Source: a virus | Lineage: Duplodnaviria; Caudoviricetes | Strand: one strand, 5' to 3' | Length of the DNA: 37,691 bases | IMG/VR virus record: IMGVR_UViG_3300034056_000018 | Location: 1-37,691 of that record | Program-made: the position numbers and the translations under genes | Notes under the pieces: generated by a model | Databases searched by the model: none | Told to the model about the DNA's origin: nothing | Seen by the model: only the letters and a program-made list of their open reading frames with translations | Part shown: piece by piece, positions 27,506 through 36,001 of the stretch | How the letters are laid out: every line of letters begins with the position of its first letter | Numbering within the stretch: position 1 is the stretch's first letter

Positions 27506-27906
27506 AATTCTTTGACTATTCGCATAACATGTCTATCAGTAATATAAACCATATCAGCTATTTGTTTATTACTATATCCTACCTCTTTAAGTATCTTTAC
27601 TGCTTCTTTAGTATTCTTACCCTTTATTAATGTGTCTATGTAGTTCTTACGCTCTGTTAACTTATGTATTACTTCCTTTTCTTCTTTCATTCTGTTTTGA
27701 TGATGTATTGCTTTAGTAAACACTACTCCTGCATCTAAATCAATTGACGATCCTTTAGGCATATCTGAGTATGACATTGCTTTTAATTCTCCAGGTGTCC
27801 AACTATCTGCAATCTTTGTATAGTACTGATAGCTTATCCTATGACTTTCTAATAAATTTTCGTGAATCTCTATTTCCTCTAGTAATTGTTTATATCCCTC
27901 TACCAT
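27496..27906 (-). CDS. putative late transcriptional activator (ArpU/RinA-like C-terminal HTH)
   Basis: YSDMPKG motif and GYSNKQIADMVYITDRHVMRI HTH; last gene of the middle operon. Confidence 0.65.
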   Translation of the reverse strand: MVEGYKQLLEEIEIHENLLESHRISYQYYTKIADSWTPGELKAMSYSDMPKGSSIDLDAGVVFTKAIHHQNRMKEEKEVIHKLTERKNYIDTLIKGKNTKEAVKILKEVGYSNKQIADMVYITDRHVMRIVKELEG

Positions 27907-28024
27907 ATTCTTTCCTCTCTATCATCACATAGTTTTTTTCTATAGTCACTATTCCTTTAGCTGCTTTAGTTATCCTCATAAGTTCAGAAAAGCTTTTATA
28001 AGGTATCACCTCAACAACTAACAT
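27890..28024 (-). CDS. 44-aa hypothetical protein
   Basis: GAGGTGA RBS; fills the gap between neighbouring genes. Confidence 0.45.
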   Translation of the reverse strand: MLVVEVIPYKSFSELMRITKAAKGIVTIEKNYVMIERKEYGRGI

Positions 28025-28258
28025 TTATCTCACCTCTTTACTTGCCTTGCATAGTGCTAACCAAATTACAGTTACTGCAACACCTATTACAGTTATAATT
28101 ACATTTACCCACTCATTTAATATATAAACCATGCACCCAACTGCAATAAGTAAAACTAATCTACTGAACAAACTCATTTTATCCATTAACGTCACTACCA
28201 AGCAGCCTATTATAACTCCTACCATTAAAGAGATTGTTAAATTTGTTAAGTATTCCAT
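28025..28258 (-). CDS. small multi-pass membrane protein
   Basis: Three hydrophobic segments; GGGAGGG RBS. Confidence 0.7.
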   Translation of the reverse strand: MEYLTNLTISLMVGVIIGCLVVTLMDKMSLFSRLVLLIAVGCMVYILNEWVNVIITVIGVAVTVIWLALCKASKEVR

Positions 28259-28285
28259 TTTATAACCCTCCCATAAATCTATTTT

Positions 28286-28612
28286 CTATACTTCTGTTTG
28301 AATCCTCAATATACTTTGTAGACCATTCTGTTGTGTCTTAATAGCATCCAATGAATTTAACGCAGCTTTCCACCTGGCTTCGGCTATATCCCTTTGATAC
28401 TTTAATTCCGAGGTGTTCCCCCTAGCTATATCGGGTATTAATGTTGCTTGTACCTTTTCATCTCTTAATCTAATTATCTCTAGTGCTAAGGCTTTTCTAT
28501 ATTCCTTTTCACTCTCAGCCATTTCTTTTGCTAGGTTAAATAGTTGTTTACTTCCATTCTCCAACCTTTTGCCCGAATTATAAATTTCTTCCGCTATTAC
28601 TGCTACTTCCAT
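28286..28612 (-). CDS. coiled-coil hypothetical phage protein
   Basis: GAGGTG RBS; helical, 108 aa. Confidence 0.7.
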   Translation of the reverse strand: MEVAVIAEEIYNSGKRLENGSKQLFNLAKEMAESEKEYRKALALEIIRLRDEKVQATLIPDIARGNTSELKYQRDIAEARWKAALNSLDAIKTQQNGLQSILRIQTEV

Positions 28613-28803
28613 CGTTCCACCTCATGCAAGTTGTCTAAAAACCTATTACCGATTCTCTGTGTTCTTTCCTTGCTAATTCTCTCAGGTTCAAAAGCTGCAT
28701 TAAGTGCATCACTAAACCTTTGATCTAACCTTTTGCAATACATATCGAATTTATATAATGCTATACTTTCAGAAATTATTGTTAAACTCTGTTTACTTAA
28801 CAT
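28603..28803 (-). CDS. hypothetical protein
   Basis: Overlaps both neighbours; start 28803 or 28812. Confidence 0.55.
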   Translation of the reverse strand: MLSKQSLTIISESIALYKFDMYCKRLDQRFSDALNAAFEPERISKERTQRIGNRFLDNLHEVERWK

Positions 28804-29153
28804 TCTACCCACTCCCCTTTATACCACTTTAACCAGGTTAATTTATGAGGTTGAAAGTAATTGAATAGTTTCCTTTTGAGTTTTGCTCCCTCTGTTGGAT
28901 ATCCTTTAATGTCTATTACCTCTAGAGTATTATCTAAGTGATATATAAGGAAATCACCAACATATTCTAACCTTCTATACTTCTTCCCCATCTTTTCAAA
29001 GGAAGGTATTAATATAAATCTAGGTTGCAACTCAAAGTTATCTATCAACCCCTTTGCCTTGTCCTCTTTTAGTTTTTCATAATATTTCGATTCTGTTTTG
29101 CTATCAAAGGTATAAGCATCAACTGTTACTTTTTTGGCTTTATACTTACTCAT
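28797..29153 (-). CDS. DUF1064 family putative PD-(D/E)XK nuclease
   Basis: MSKYKAKKV..D...FDSK.E, LQPRF.L, YVGDF, VIDIKG. Confidence 0.85.
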   Translation of the reverse strand: MSKYKAKKVTVDAYTFDSKTESKYYEKLKEDKAKGLIDNFELQPRFILIPSFEKMGKKYRRLEYVGDFLIYHLDNTLEVIDIKGYPTEGAKLKRKLFNYFQPHKLTWLKWYKGEWVEC

Positions 29154-29566
29154 TCCTCCACCTCTAAATAATTTCTATCACCCATCATATGAAAAATTAA
29201 TTCTTTTGCAGAATAACCTTCCTTGTACAATTTCAATCTCTTTGTTAACTTCTCAGCTTCTTTTTTACTTATATCTAGCATAATTCTTATTTGATGTATC
29301 GTATAATAATCGTGTGTGAACATAGTTTGGAGTTTGACTTGGAGCTCTTGCTTATACTCCAAGTCCTTTTCCTTGTTATGATGTACACCTACTTTATGAT
29401 CCCGGTGGCATCTGCTACAGATATATTTATGGTTTATAGGTACATTCTCCATGCTCTTTAGTTGACTTCTAAAAACAGTATGATGAAGTTCTATTCTATC
29501 GTTTATAGCGTATCGGCTTGTACTTTTCCATTGTCCACATTCTTCACATTCTCTGTATTCATCCAT
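29150..29566 (-). CDS. HNH-like zinc-binding protein
   Basis: CEECG...ELHH.VFRSQ...N...ICSRCH...GVH. Confidence 0.65.
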   Translation of the reverse strand: MDEYRECEECGQWKSTSRYAINDRIELHHTVFRSQLKSMENVPINHKYICSRCHRDHKVGVHHNKEKDLEYKQELQVKLQTMFTHDYYTIHQIRIMLDISKKEAEKLTKRLKLYKEGYSAKELIFHMMGDRNYLEVEE

Positions 29567-29576
29567 ACATTCACCT

Positions 29577-29936
29577 CTAAAACAATTTATTGTGCAACCT
29601 AGGACGATTTTTGTTTTTCTTCATCTTTTTAATTATTTCGTCTTCGAGGTTTATATCCTCACAACCCGATAAATCGAAAATTCGTAGGCATACATCACTT
29701 ATTTCTTCATCAAAGTTTTCTATATCACCTTTTCTTAATGCTTCTTGAGCTTCTGCAACCTCTCCGACAATCAACATGAGCTTTTGACTTAAGAAAGCGT
29801 TTTGAACCGCTACAAGCTCTTCTGACGTTACTAAAGAGCATTTGTTAAGCTTATCTAATATTGAACTCTCTAAATCATGAAACCCCTTCATAGTTGCATT
29901 AATATGTGCTTTAGTTACCAAGTCTTTAATCTCCAT
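29577..29936 (-). CDS. MazG-like nucleotide pyrophosphohydrolase
   Basis: LMLIVGEVAEAQEALRKGD.ENF.EEISDV..RIFDL, KM..N..RP..H.K. Confidence 0.8.
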   Translation of the reverse strand: MEIKDLVTKAHINATMKGFHDLESSILDKLNKCSLVTSEELVAVQNAFLSQKLMLIVGEVAEAQEALRKGDIENFDEEISDVCLRIFDLSGCEDINLEDEIIKKMKKNKNRPRLHNKLF

Positions 29937-30120
29937 TTTTACAACCCCACTTTACAATTTTATCTCTATTGCCTTGATGTACTCTATAAGTGTAATTCGG
30001 TCTTTGTACACAGAATATATAAGCTTCTGTAGAGGTTGCCTTTGTGCAAACCCCAACCAAACCATGCCAATCTGACCCGTCTTTGATTTGTATATAATCA
30101 TTCTTCTTTATGTCTATCAT
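29926..30120 (-). CDS. hypothetical protein, 64 aa
   Basis: GAAGGG RBS; overlaps the MazG-like start. Confidence 0.65.
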   Translation of the reverse strand: MIDIKKNDYIQIKDGSDWHGLVGVCTKATSTEAYIFCVQRPNYTYRVHQGNRDKIVKWGCKNGD

Positions 30121-30147
30121 TTTATAACCCTTCTTTCTGTGGTTATT

Positions 30148-30171
30148 TACATCTTATCTTTGTATTGCGTA
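30148..30171 (-). repeat. 24-bp cassette-boundary site D2: TACGCAAT ACAAAGAT AAGATGTA
   Basis: 6 nt after the stop of the 46-aa gene; direct repeat with D1. Confidence 0.7.
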
Positions 30172-30177
30172 TCAATT

Positions 30178-30318
30178 TTATTTGCTCCAAGCATCTCTGA
30201 TAATTTTGTTTGAACACTTTCTGCAAATTTCTTTCCCATTGTCTACGTAGAGTTCAATGCGTTTATGCTCTTCGCCACAGATTTCGCATTTAATAATTTC
30301 TTGCATATTTTGTTTCAT
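30178..30318 (-). CDS. 46-aa zinc-finger protein (putative cassette gene)
   Basis: AAGGAGG RBS; KCEICGE...ICRKCS; flanked by sites D1 and D2. Confidence 0.7.
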   Translation of the reverse strand: MKQNMQEIIKCEICGEEHKRIELYVDNGKEICRKCSNKIIRDAWSK

Positions 30319-30334
30319 AATATCCTCCTTGTAG

Positions 30335-30358
30335 TTCACAATATACTCAAATTGTGTC
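30335..30358 (-). repeat. 24-bp cassette-boundary site D1: GACACAAT TTGAGTAT ATTGTGAA
   Basis: Starts at the first base after the ssb stop; CACAAT/ATTGTG inverted arms; spacer 7/8 identical to site A. Confidence 0.75.
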
Positions 30359-30745
30359 TTAGAAAGGACTATCTCCCAAATCTCCTGTCATTCCTTCAAA
30401 TCCGCTATCACTTGCAGTTTCATTACTTGCTTGTTGTCCTTTACTTAAAAACTGTACTTCACTTGCTACAACCTCTGTAACATATCTTTTAGAACCATCT
30501 TTGGCATCATAGGAACGACTTTGGAGTCTGCCACACACCGCAACCAAAGAACCTTTACTAGTGAAATTCGCTACATTTTCGGCAATTTTACCCCAAACAA
30601 CTACCGCTATATAATCAGCACCTTTTTCACCATTTACAAACTTATCTACTGCTATAGTGAAACTAGCAACCGCTTTCCCATCGTTTTGAGTAAACTTCAA
30701 ATCACAATCCTTAGTAAGCCTGCCAATCAAAATCGCTTTATTCAT
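30359..30745 (-). CDS. ssb: single-stranded DNA-binding protein
   Basis: MNKAILIGRLTKD, VVWGK.AE, GRLQSRSY, YVTEVVA, acidic tail ending PF. Confidence 0.95.
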   Translation of the reverse strand: MNKAILIGRLTKDCDLKFTQNDGKAVASFTIAVDKFVNGEKGADYIAVVVWGKIAENVANFTSKGSLVAVCGRLQSRSYDAKDGSKRYVTEVVASEVQFLSKGQQASNETASDSGFEGMTGDLGDSPF

Positions 30746-31085
30746 TATTCATTCTCCTTTTAATTTTATTTCTTTCCCTGATAAATTTGTGTTCTACACT
30801 CCTACTACTTCTAGCAGTTCCAAATTTATAACACAAGTGTGCAGCTATCTGTTCATAGGTACATTCATTTTTCAACCTTTGTGCTTCTTCCCATTCTTCA
30901 TTGGTCCACCACACATATTCTTCTGATCTACAACCTTTTTTTAATAACTTTTTATGAATTGAATCTTCTGACCTACCCATTATCTCAGCTATAGTTACTA
31001 TTGTTAACCCTTCTTTTCTTAATCTCATTGCTTCTTTTTCCTCTTTTATGGTCCAGAGCATAACTACACCTACTTTAATTTCCAT
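30738..31085 (-). CDS. tandem HTH/Myb-like DNA-binding protein
   Basis: Two WT..E...A..L...T...IA...RS..S repeats; true start may be 31061. Confidence 0.6.
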   Translation of the reverse strand: MEIKVGVVMLWTIKEEKEAMRLRKEGLTIVTIAEIMGRSEDSIHKKLLKKGCRSEEYVWWTNEEWEEAQRLKNECTYEQIAAHLCYKFGTARSSRSVEHKFIRERNKIKRRMNNE

Positions 31086-31441
31086 TTCAAATTCAAAGGT
31101 ATAGTTGATGTTGGTATCATGCAGTCGCTTAAACCCTCTGTAGTTATATAAAGGTTATCATTTAATAGCTTGGCATTATAAACTCTACCATTTGTAGCAC
31201 CTTCAAACTCTAAGTTAGGATTTACCTCTAATATCGAAATTAAATCTCTTAAACCATATTCACTCATTTTATTATCCTCCCCTATCACTTTACTATCTCT
31301 TTTCGGTAACACTCCCCCGGCTTCTTCTACATCTAGAGCAAACCAGGCATCATGCGACCATTCTTTTACTTCTACAATTCTTCCTATGTACTTTTCATGC
31401 CACCATTCTTCTATTGAGCAACCTATTATTTCAACCTTCAT
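31070..31441 (-). CDS. hypothetical protein, 123 aa
   Basis: AGGTGAGG RBS. Confidence 0.65.
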   Translation of the reverse strand: MKVEIIGCSIEEWWHEKYIGRIVEVKEWSHDAWFALDVEEAGGVLPKRDSKVIGEDNKMSEYGLRDLISILEVNPNLEFEGATNGRVYNAKLLNDNLYITTEGLSDCMIPTSTIPLNLKWKLK

Positions 31442-31456
31442 ACCTCACCTACTTAT

Positions 31457-31480
31457 TACACAATATATAGCAATTATTCA
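31457..31480 (-). repeat. 24-bp cassette-boundary site G: TGAATAAT TGCTATAT ATTGTGTA
   Basis: 11 nt after the methyltransferase stop; left arm identical to site C, right arm 7/8 to D1. Confidence 0.7.
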
Positions 31481-31491
31481 TTACCCCGCAT

Positions 31492-32259
31492 CTACTCGTA
31501 TATATAACCATTAATCCTGTTGTAAGTTATTTCTACAGCTCTAGGGTTAATGTCACAACCTATATAATTACGCTCCAATATTTTAGCCTTTGCTATGAAA
31601 AATCCAGAACCCATAAAGAAATCTGCTACAGTATCTCCTTTATCACTTGATGCTAATATAATTCTCTCTGCTAAAGATAAAGGTTTTTGAGTATCATATC
31701 CAACATATTCTACATTAGCAGGATTTACTATACACTTTATATCAGTCCACCAATCAACCATAGGAGTTCCAATATTAACTCTATCTGATTTATCTTCACC
31801 CCTATGTTTGTGCTTAAGTCGTCCTACCGAGTTATCGTTGTACGGCTGATATTGAGTGTTAAACTTATAATCTTTGGTTTTTGAATAGAATAATATATTA
31901 TCGTGTTTTCGGTTAAATCTTTGCTTGGTGATACCCCCGCCGTTATAACACCATATGATTTCATTCTGAAAATTATCGTAGCCAAACACATCGTCCATTA
32001 TTTCTCTTATCCAGTGAACTATTCTGTAATCCATTTGTAGATATATAGACCCTGTGACTTTTAATAATCTATGCATTTCATCAAGTCTAGGTATATAAAA
32101 GCTTTCCACTACCACTCTATTTGGTTTCAAATCTTGATAATCTTTGAATTTCTTACCTGTGCAATATAGAATATCACCATATATCAAATCAATGCTTTCG
32201 CTTGGCAAACTTTTCATGTACTCAAGATTATCCATGCAGACAACTTTATTTATTTCCAT
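31492..32259 (-). CDS. orphan beta-class N6-adenine/N4-cytosine DNA methyltransferase
   Basis: IDLIYGDILY, GSIYL, NEIIW.Y, HDNILFYSK, TQKP..L..RII, VADFFMGSG, YIGCDI; ATG at 32259 follows AGGAGG. Confidence 0.88.
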   Translation of the reverse strand: MEINKVVCMDNLEYMKSLPSESIDLIYGDILYCTGKKFKDYQDLKPNRVVVESFYIPRLDEMHRLLKVTGSIYLQMDYRIVHWIREIMDDVFGYDNFQNEIIWCYNGGGITKQRFNRKHDNILFYSKTKDYKFNTQYQPYNDNSVGRLKHKHRGEDKSDRVNIGTPMVDWWTDIKCIVNPANVEYVGYDTQKPLSLAERIILASSDKGDTVADFFMGSGFFIAKAKILERNYIGCDINPRAVEITYNRINGYIYE

Positions 32260-32261
32260 AC

Positions 32262-32285
32262 AACCTCCTAAATTCAAATTGCTTC
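32262..32285 (-). repeat. 24-bp cassette-boundary site H: GAAGCAAT TTGAATTT AGGAGGTT
   Basis: Contains the upstream stop codon; its right arm doubles as the methyltransferase RBS. Confidence 0.5.
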
Positions 32286-33044
32286 AACCTCATAACTTGT
32301 TATCCCTAGTTCTTTTTTTATCCTTATGTATGTCTTTTCTGATATCCCAAGTTTATCTATAATCTTTTTATTGGTGTTGTATCCCTCTTTAACTAGGTTC
32401 AGTATTTCTTCTTTGGTTGCTACCTTTTTCTTTATCCCTTTTCTACCTTTGACAACAATTACATCTTCACCATTTTCCCTACATGCTTTTATCCTGTTAC
32501 ATATACAAGTTTCAGAAACTCCGAGTATCTTAGCTACTTCTCTTTGGTTGTGAGTTTTTAACAACTCTTTCATTCTCTCTATGTCAACTTTATATACGAC
32601 TTTTTGAGTTATTCCGCTACAACGTCTATACCTACAAACCGTATTAACAGAAACATTCATTATTTTAGCTATTTCACTTGCGTCCATATCTTTTTTTATA
32701 AGTTCCATTATCTTTTCAATCCTATCGCCCTTACTCACTCTATAGCTTGTAAGTCCGTACTCCCTTTTATAGTCGCTTAACGTACTTTTAGATATGAATA
32801 ATTCTTTTGCAATTGCTTCATGTTTCCAGTTCTTATTCATTAACTCTATTATTTTTTCTTTTGAGGGTTTTATTTTCTTAGAATCTTCTCTGAGGTAAGC
32901 TTTTGTTGTTGCGGTATGTGCTGCTTCTGTATTTACTGTTAATCTGTTTTCAAATATGAATTTGTTTAATTCTCTAGTGGTGGGCATTACTTCAAAATTC
33001 TTCTTAACTAATTTTACAAACTCTTTTGTCTGCATCCTTATCAC
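32274..33044 (-). CDS. multi-HTH DNA-binding protein
   Basis: Four HTH-like repeats (IAKELFISKSTL, IAKIMNVSVNTV, VAKILGVSETCI, IIDKLGISEKTY); true start may be 33035. Confidence 0.75.
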   Translation of the reverse strand: MIRMQTKEFVKLVKKNFEVMPTTRELNKFIFENRLTVNTEAAHTATTKAYLREDSKKIKPSKEKIIELMNKNWKHEAIAKELFISKSTLSDYKREYGLTSYRVSKGDRIEKIMELIKKDMDASEIAKIMNVSVNTVCRYRRCSGITQKVVYKVDIERMKELLKTHNQREVAKILGVSETCICNRIKACRENGEDVIVVKGRKGIKKKVATKEEILNLVKEGYNTNKKIIDKLGISEKTYIRIKKELGITSYEVEAI

Positions 33045-33156
33045 TCCTTATTTCTTCATCGAGTGCGTTTAACTTCTTTTCTGCTTCTTCAATGGTGCAT
33101 CCTACTGCCTTAGCCAATATCATTGCGGTTTTCATTCTTAATAATTCGTCCCTCAT
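33004..33156 (-). CDS. 50-aa hypothetical protein
   Basis: Open frame MRDELLRMKTAMILAKAVGC... filling the gap after dnaB. Confidence 0.45.
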   Translation of the reverse strand: MRDELLRMKTAMILAKAVGCTIEEAEKKLNALDEEIRSDKDADKRVCKIS

Positions 33157-33197
33157 TTTCTCATACCCTCTTTCACTTTACTTCTTAATATTTTACT

Positions 33198-34589
33198 TTA
33201 CTTCTTACCCTGTTTATTAAATAGTGTTGGATTGTATTTACCTTCGTATGTCATGTCTAGGTTGCCTATTCTCTGATATTCTGGCTTCCAATGAAAAGCC
33301 TTTTTACTTGCAGGAACATTACGTCCTTTTAATATGTGTATCTCCATACACTCTGGATTAACTGTGGCATCTTTAGCATGATAATTAAGTTTTCCACTAT
33401 TGTTTAATTCTTCTCTATAGCCTGGATCTTCTAACCTTTTATCTCGGTAAAGTCCTAATACTAGGTCACTATCTTCCGCTATTCCTCCAGATTCTTTTAT
33501 ATCTGAAAGCGTTGGTGCTTTATCTATCCTTTGTTCAACCATTCTATTTATCTGTGCAGTTATTATTATTGGCATCCCTAACTGACCGCCTAATATTTTC
33601 AGCCTTCTTGTTATACTTCCTAAAAACTCAGCTCTTTTACTCGACTTGTCCTTAAAGTCCGTAACTCTATTAATTAAATCCAGGAATATAACGTCAGTAT
33701 TGTATTTTAGCTTTTCAATCTTTATCTGTTTGATTATCCTATTTATATCATCCATGTATTCGTATATTTCAAAGTGCTTTCCTGCTAGGAATGTTGATAT
33801 ATACTGAACCATTTTGTCTTTTTCCTGTGTGTTTAACTGCTTTTTATCCAACTTTTCAAACTCTATAGAGCAACCATTGGAAACCAATTTATTTATTATC
33901 TCTTCTCTTCCCATTTCTAAGCTGAACAGAGCTATTTTTTTATTCTGTCTTAACATGTTGAGTATTATTTGACTTGTAACTATAGACTTCCCAACTCCTG
34001 TATAAGCTGCTATTGTTATTAGTTGCCCTGGTTTAATTCCATTTGTAACATCATCAATTTTACTTAACCCTGTTTTTATTGTCTTTTCTTCTTTAGGTTC
34101 ATACATTTCATTTATATACTCAAACAAATATTCATTAGTGCTTATGGTCTTGTCCTCTTCCTTTAGAAGTTCCGTTGTTAACTCACCAAGATCACTTGTT
34201 ATAGCTTCAACATTATTACTAAAGTCTATTTTCTGTACCGTTTTAAGTATCTTCCGTTTATTCATGTATTCCACTAACATTCCTACGTAGGATTCAAAGT
34301 GCATTGTCGTTGCTATACCACCAATTAATTCACCGACATAAGTTATGCTTATATTCTTTCCACTCTCTTTTACATAATCAAGCAGCGTGATTACATCAAT
34401 TGGCTTGTCAGCTTTTTTAATATCTTTCATAAGTCCAAATATCTCAGCGTTAACAGTAGCGTAAAACAAGTCATTAGGGTAATATTCTATATCGTTAAAT
34501 AGCGTGTTGTCTTTAAGCAAACAACCTAACACAGATTGCTCTACTTGGTTATTGTGCATATGCTCTGATGCTTTGGCTAAGTCAATCAC
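33198..34589 (-). CDS. dnaB: DnaB-like replicative helicase
   Basis: EQSVLG, Walker A AAYTGVGKS, FSLEM, AQINR, PTLSDIKESGGIAEDSDLV. Confidence 0.92.
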   Translation of the reverse strand: MIDLAKASEHMHNNQVEQSVLGCLLKDNTLFNDIEYYPNDLFYATVNAEIFGLMKDIKKADKPIDVITLLDYVKESGKNISITYVGELIGGIATTMHFESYVGMLVEYMNKRKILKTVQKIDFSNNVEAITSDLGELTTELLKEEDKTISTNEYLFEYINEMYEPKEEKTIKTGLSKIDDVTNGIKPGQLITIAAYTGVGKSIVTSQIILNMLRQNKKIALFSLEMGREEIINKLVSNGCSIEFEKLDKKQLNTQEKDKMVQYISTFLAGKHFEIYEYMDDINRIIKQIKIEKLKYNTDVIFLDLINRVTDFKDKSSKRAEFLGSITRRLKILGGQLGMPIIITAQINRMVEQRIDKAPTLSDIKESGGIAEDSDLVLGLYRDKRLEDPGYREELNNSGKLNYHAKDATVNPECMEIHILKGRNVPASKKAFHWKPEYQRIGNLDMTYEGKYNPTLFNKQGKK

Positions 34590-34599
34590 ATTATCACCT

Positions 34600-35391
34600 C
34601 TAATCTATATATCTTGATCGGTCTGTTTCTACTTCTACTTTCACCTCCATTTCTAAATATCCTTTATATTCTGCATTTTGTCCTATGAAATTTGTACTTC
34701 TAACCATGTATTGCCTGTCTACTGTTTTTCTAGCCTTTAAATAGGCTATATATTTTTCAGTAGCTTTCATGATGTTTTCAACGGATTCGGTTTTAATTCG
34801 ATTCTTCCAGTTTTTGAATGTTTGGGATTTGTTAAAAGGATTGGGATACAATTTATAGAAACGCTCAAATTCTTCTGTATATTTAACCTCTGATTTCTTT
34901 TTCTCTATATCTTCTTTTATATCTTGCTCTATCTCTATATCTATATGCTCGTTACTTTTTGTTACCTCGTCGTTACTGTTAGTTACATCACCGTTACAAA
35001 GTAACGCTATATTTTCTTTATTCTCTCTATACCTTCTTACCCTCTCAGCACTTTGTCCTTCACTTCCAATTAGGTTTTGTACCTCTGTCATGAATAGAGT
35101 TCCATCATCTAGCCTTTCAACCATTCCTAGTTGTAGAAAAACTGTAATAGCTGCTCTTACAATATCAATGTTTGTGTTTGTGATAGTTGATAGCATTTCA
35201 TCTGAGTAAGGTATTGTGTTTTTAAATAATAAGTGTCCCTCAGTATTTATGCTTTTCAATTGTAGCTTTAAAAGGAATATTATATAGTCCTTTCCATTCT
35301 TCATACTTTCAACGATCTTTATATCATCTTGTTCAAAGAAGTCCTGTTTTAATTTCAACCAGTAAAATCTTTTTTCTGCCACTTCTATCAC
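34600..35391 (-). CDS. phage replisome organiser / replication initiator
   Basis: KRFYWLKLKQDFF, IPYSDEML, IGSE..SAERVRRYR, C-terminal FERFYKLYP; upstream of dnaB. Confidence 0.88.
   Translation of the reverse strand: MIEVAEKRFYWLKLKQDFFEQDDIKIVESMKNGKDYIIFLLKLQLKSINTEGHLLFKNTIPYSDEMLSTITNTNIDIVRAAITVFLQLGMVERLDDGTLFMTEVQNLIGSEGQSAERVRRYRENKENIALLCNGDVTNSNDEVTKSNEHIDIEIEQDIKEDIEKKKSEVKYTEEFERFYKLYPNPFNKSQTFKNWKNRIKTESVENIMKATEKYIAYLKARKTVDRQYMVRSTNFIGQNAEYKGYLEMEVKVEVETDRSRYID
34951..35005. repeat. iteron-like origin candidate inside the initiator gene
   Basis: GTTAC at 34951, 34961, 34972, 34982, 34993 plus inverted GTAAC at 35001. Confidence 0.7.
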
Positions 35392-35775
35392 CTACTCAAA
35401 TTCGCTAATATAATCTTGTAAGAAGTAGTATTTTATATACAGTCTTTTTCTCAAGAACATATCCATATTTTTTTCTTTAGTTAGGTGTAAGACTTTAAAC
35501 TCTTCCCTTAAATCCTCAAGACTTTTTTTGCTGAACATATTCAAGTAATACCCTTCGTTGTATTGGCTTGTATTTATGTCGTTAGCCTTTGGAATTAACT
35601 TTTCATAGAATTTATAAAGGTTGTATTTCTCTTCACCAAACCTTTTTTCTATATATATCCTGGGATAATATTCTGATAGTGTCCATAAAAAATCCAATCT
35701 TTTTATTAGCCATTCTTCATCTTCTTCCCATTCATTAGGTTTATAAGGTTCAGTATACCGTCTGTAATCTTTCAT
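35392..35775 (-). CDS. hypothetical protein, 127 aa
   Basis: AAGGAG RBS; abuts the initiator start. Confidence 0.7.
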   Translation of the reverse strand: MKDYRRYTEPYKPNEWEEDEEWLIKRLDFLWTLSEYYPRIYIEKRFGEEKYNLYKFYEKLIPKANDINTSQYNEGYYLNMFSKKSLEDLREEFKVLHLTKEKNMDMFLRKRLYIKYYFLQDYISEFE

Positions 35776-35776
35776 A

Positions 35777-35929
35777 TTACTGCTCCTTTTGTCTTTGGAT
35801 CTTTTCTTCTATAGCTTCTAATATAAACTTGTTCATTGACATACCTTTTTTCTCAGCTGCTGCTTTTATAACATCTCTATATTCGCTAACAAACTTCAGT
35901 GGAAATGTTATAACTTTGAATTCGTTCAT
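35777..35929 (-). CDS. 50-aa Arc/RHH-like regulator
   Basis: VITFPLKF...IKAAAEKKGMSMNKFILEAIEEK; AAGGAGG RBS; first gene of the replication operon. Confidence 0.75.
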   Translation of the reverse strand: MNEFKVITFPLKFVSEYRDVIKAAAEKKGMSMNKFILEAIEEKIQRQKEQ

Positions 35930-35972
35930 TGTTAAACCTCCTTTATTAATAGTTACTAACTACTATACTTTA

Positions 35973-36001
35973 ATTATATACCCTTCTTAACTATATTGCA
36001 A
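35973..36001 (-). promoter_or_regulatory. sigmaA-type promoter of the replication operon
   Basis: TTGCAA-N17-TATAAT. Confidence 0.7.

Noticed and set aside
28265-28290. Possible tenth boundary site TAGAAAAT AGATTTAT GGGAGGGT
   Set aside because: The arms match poorly and the right part is explained by the RBS alone.
225-33220. Many opposite-strand ORFs in the track (e.g. 225-431, 1207-1404, 2292-2633, 4681-5040, 8421-8849, 22076-22558, 24751-25230, 30265-30480)
   Set aside because: They lie antisense to well-supported genes, lack RBSs and have the Ser/Leu/Phe-rich composition of shadow frames.
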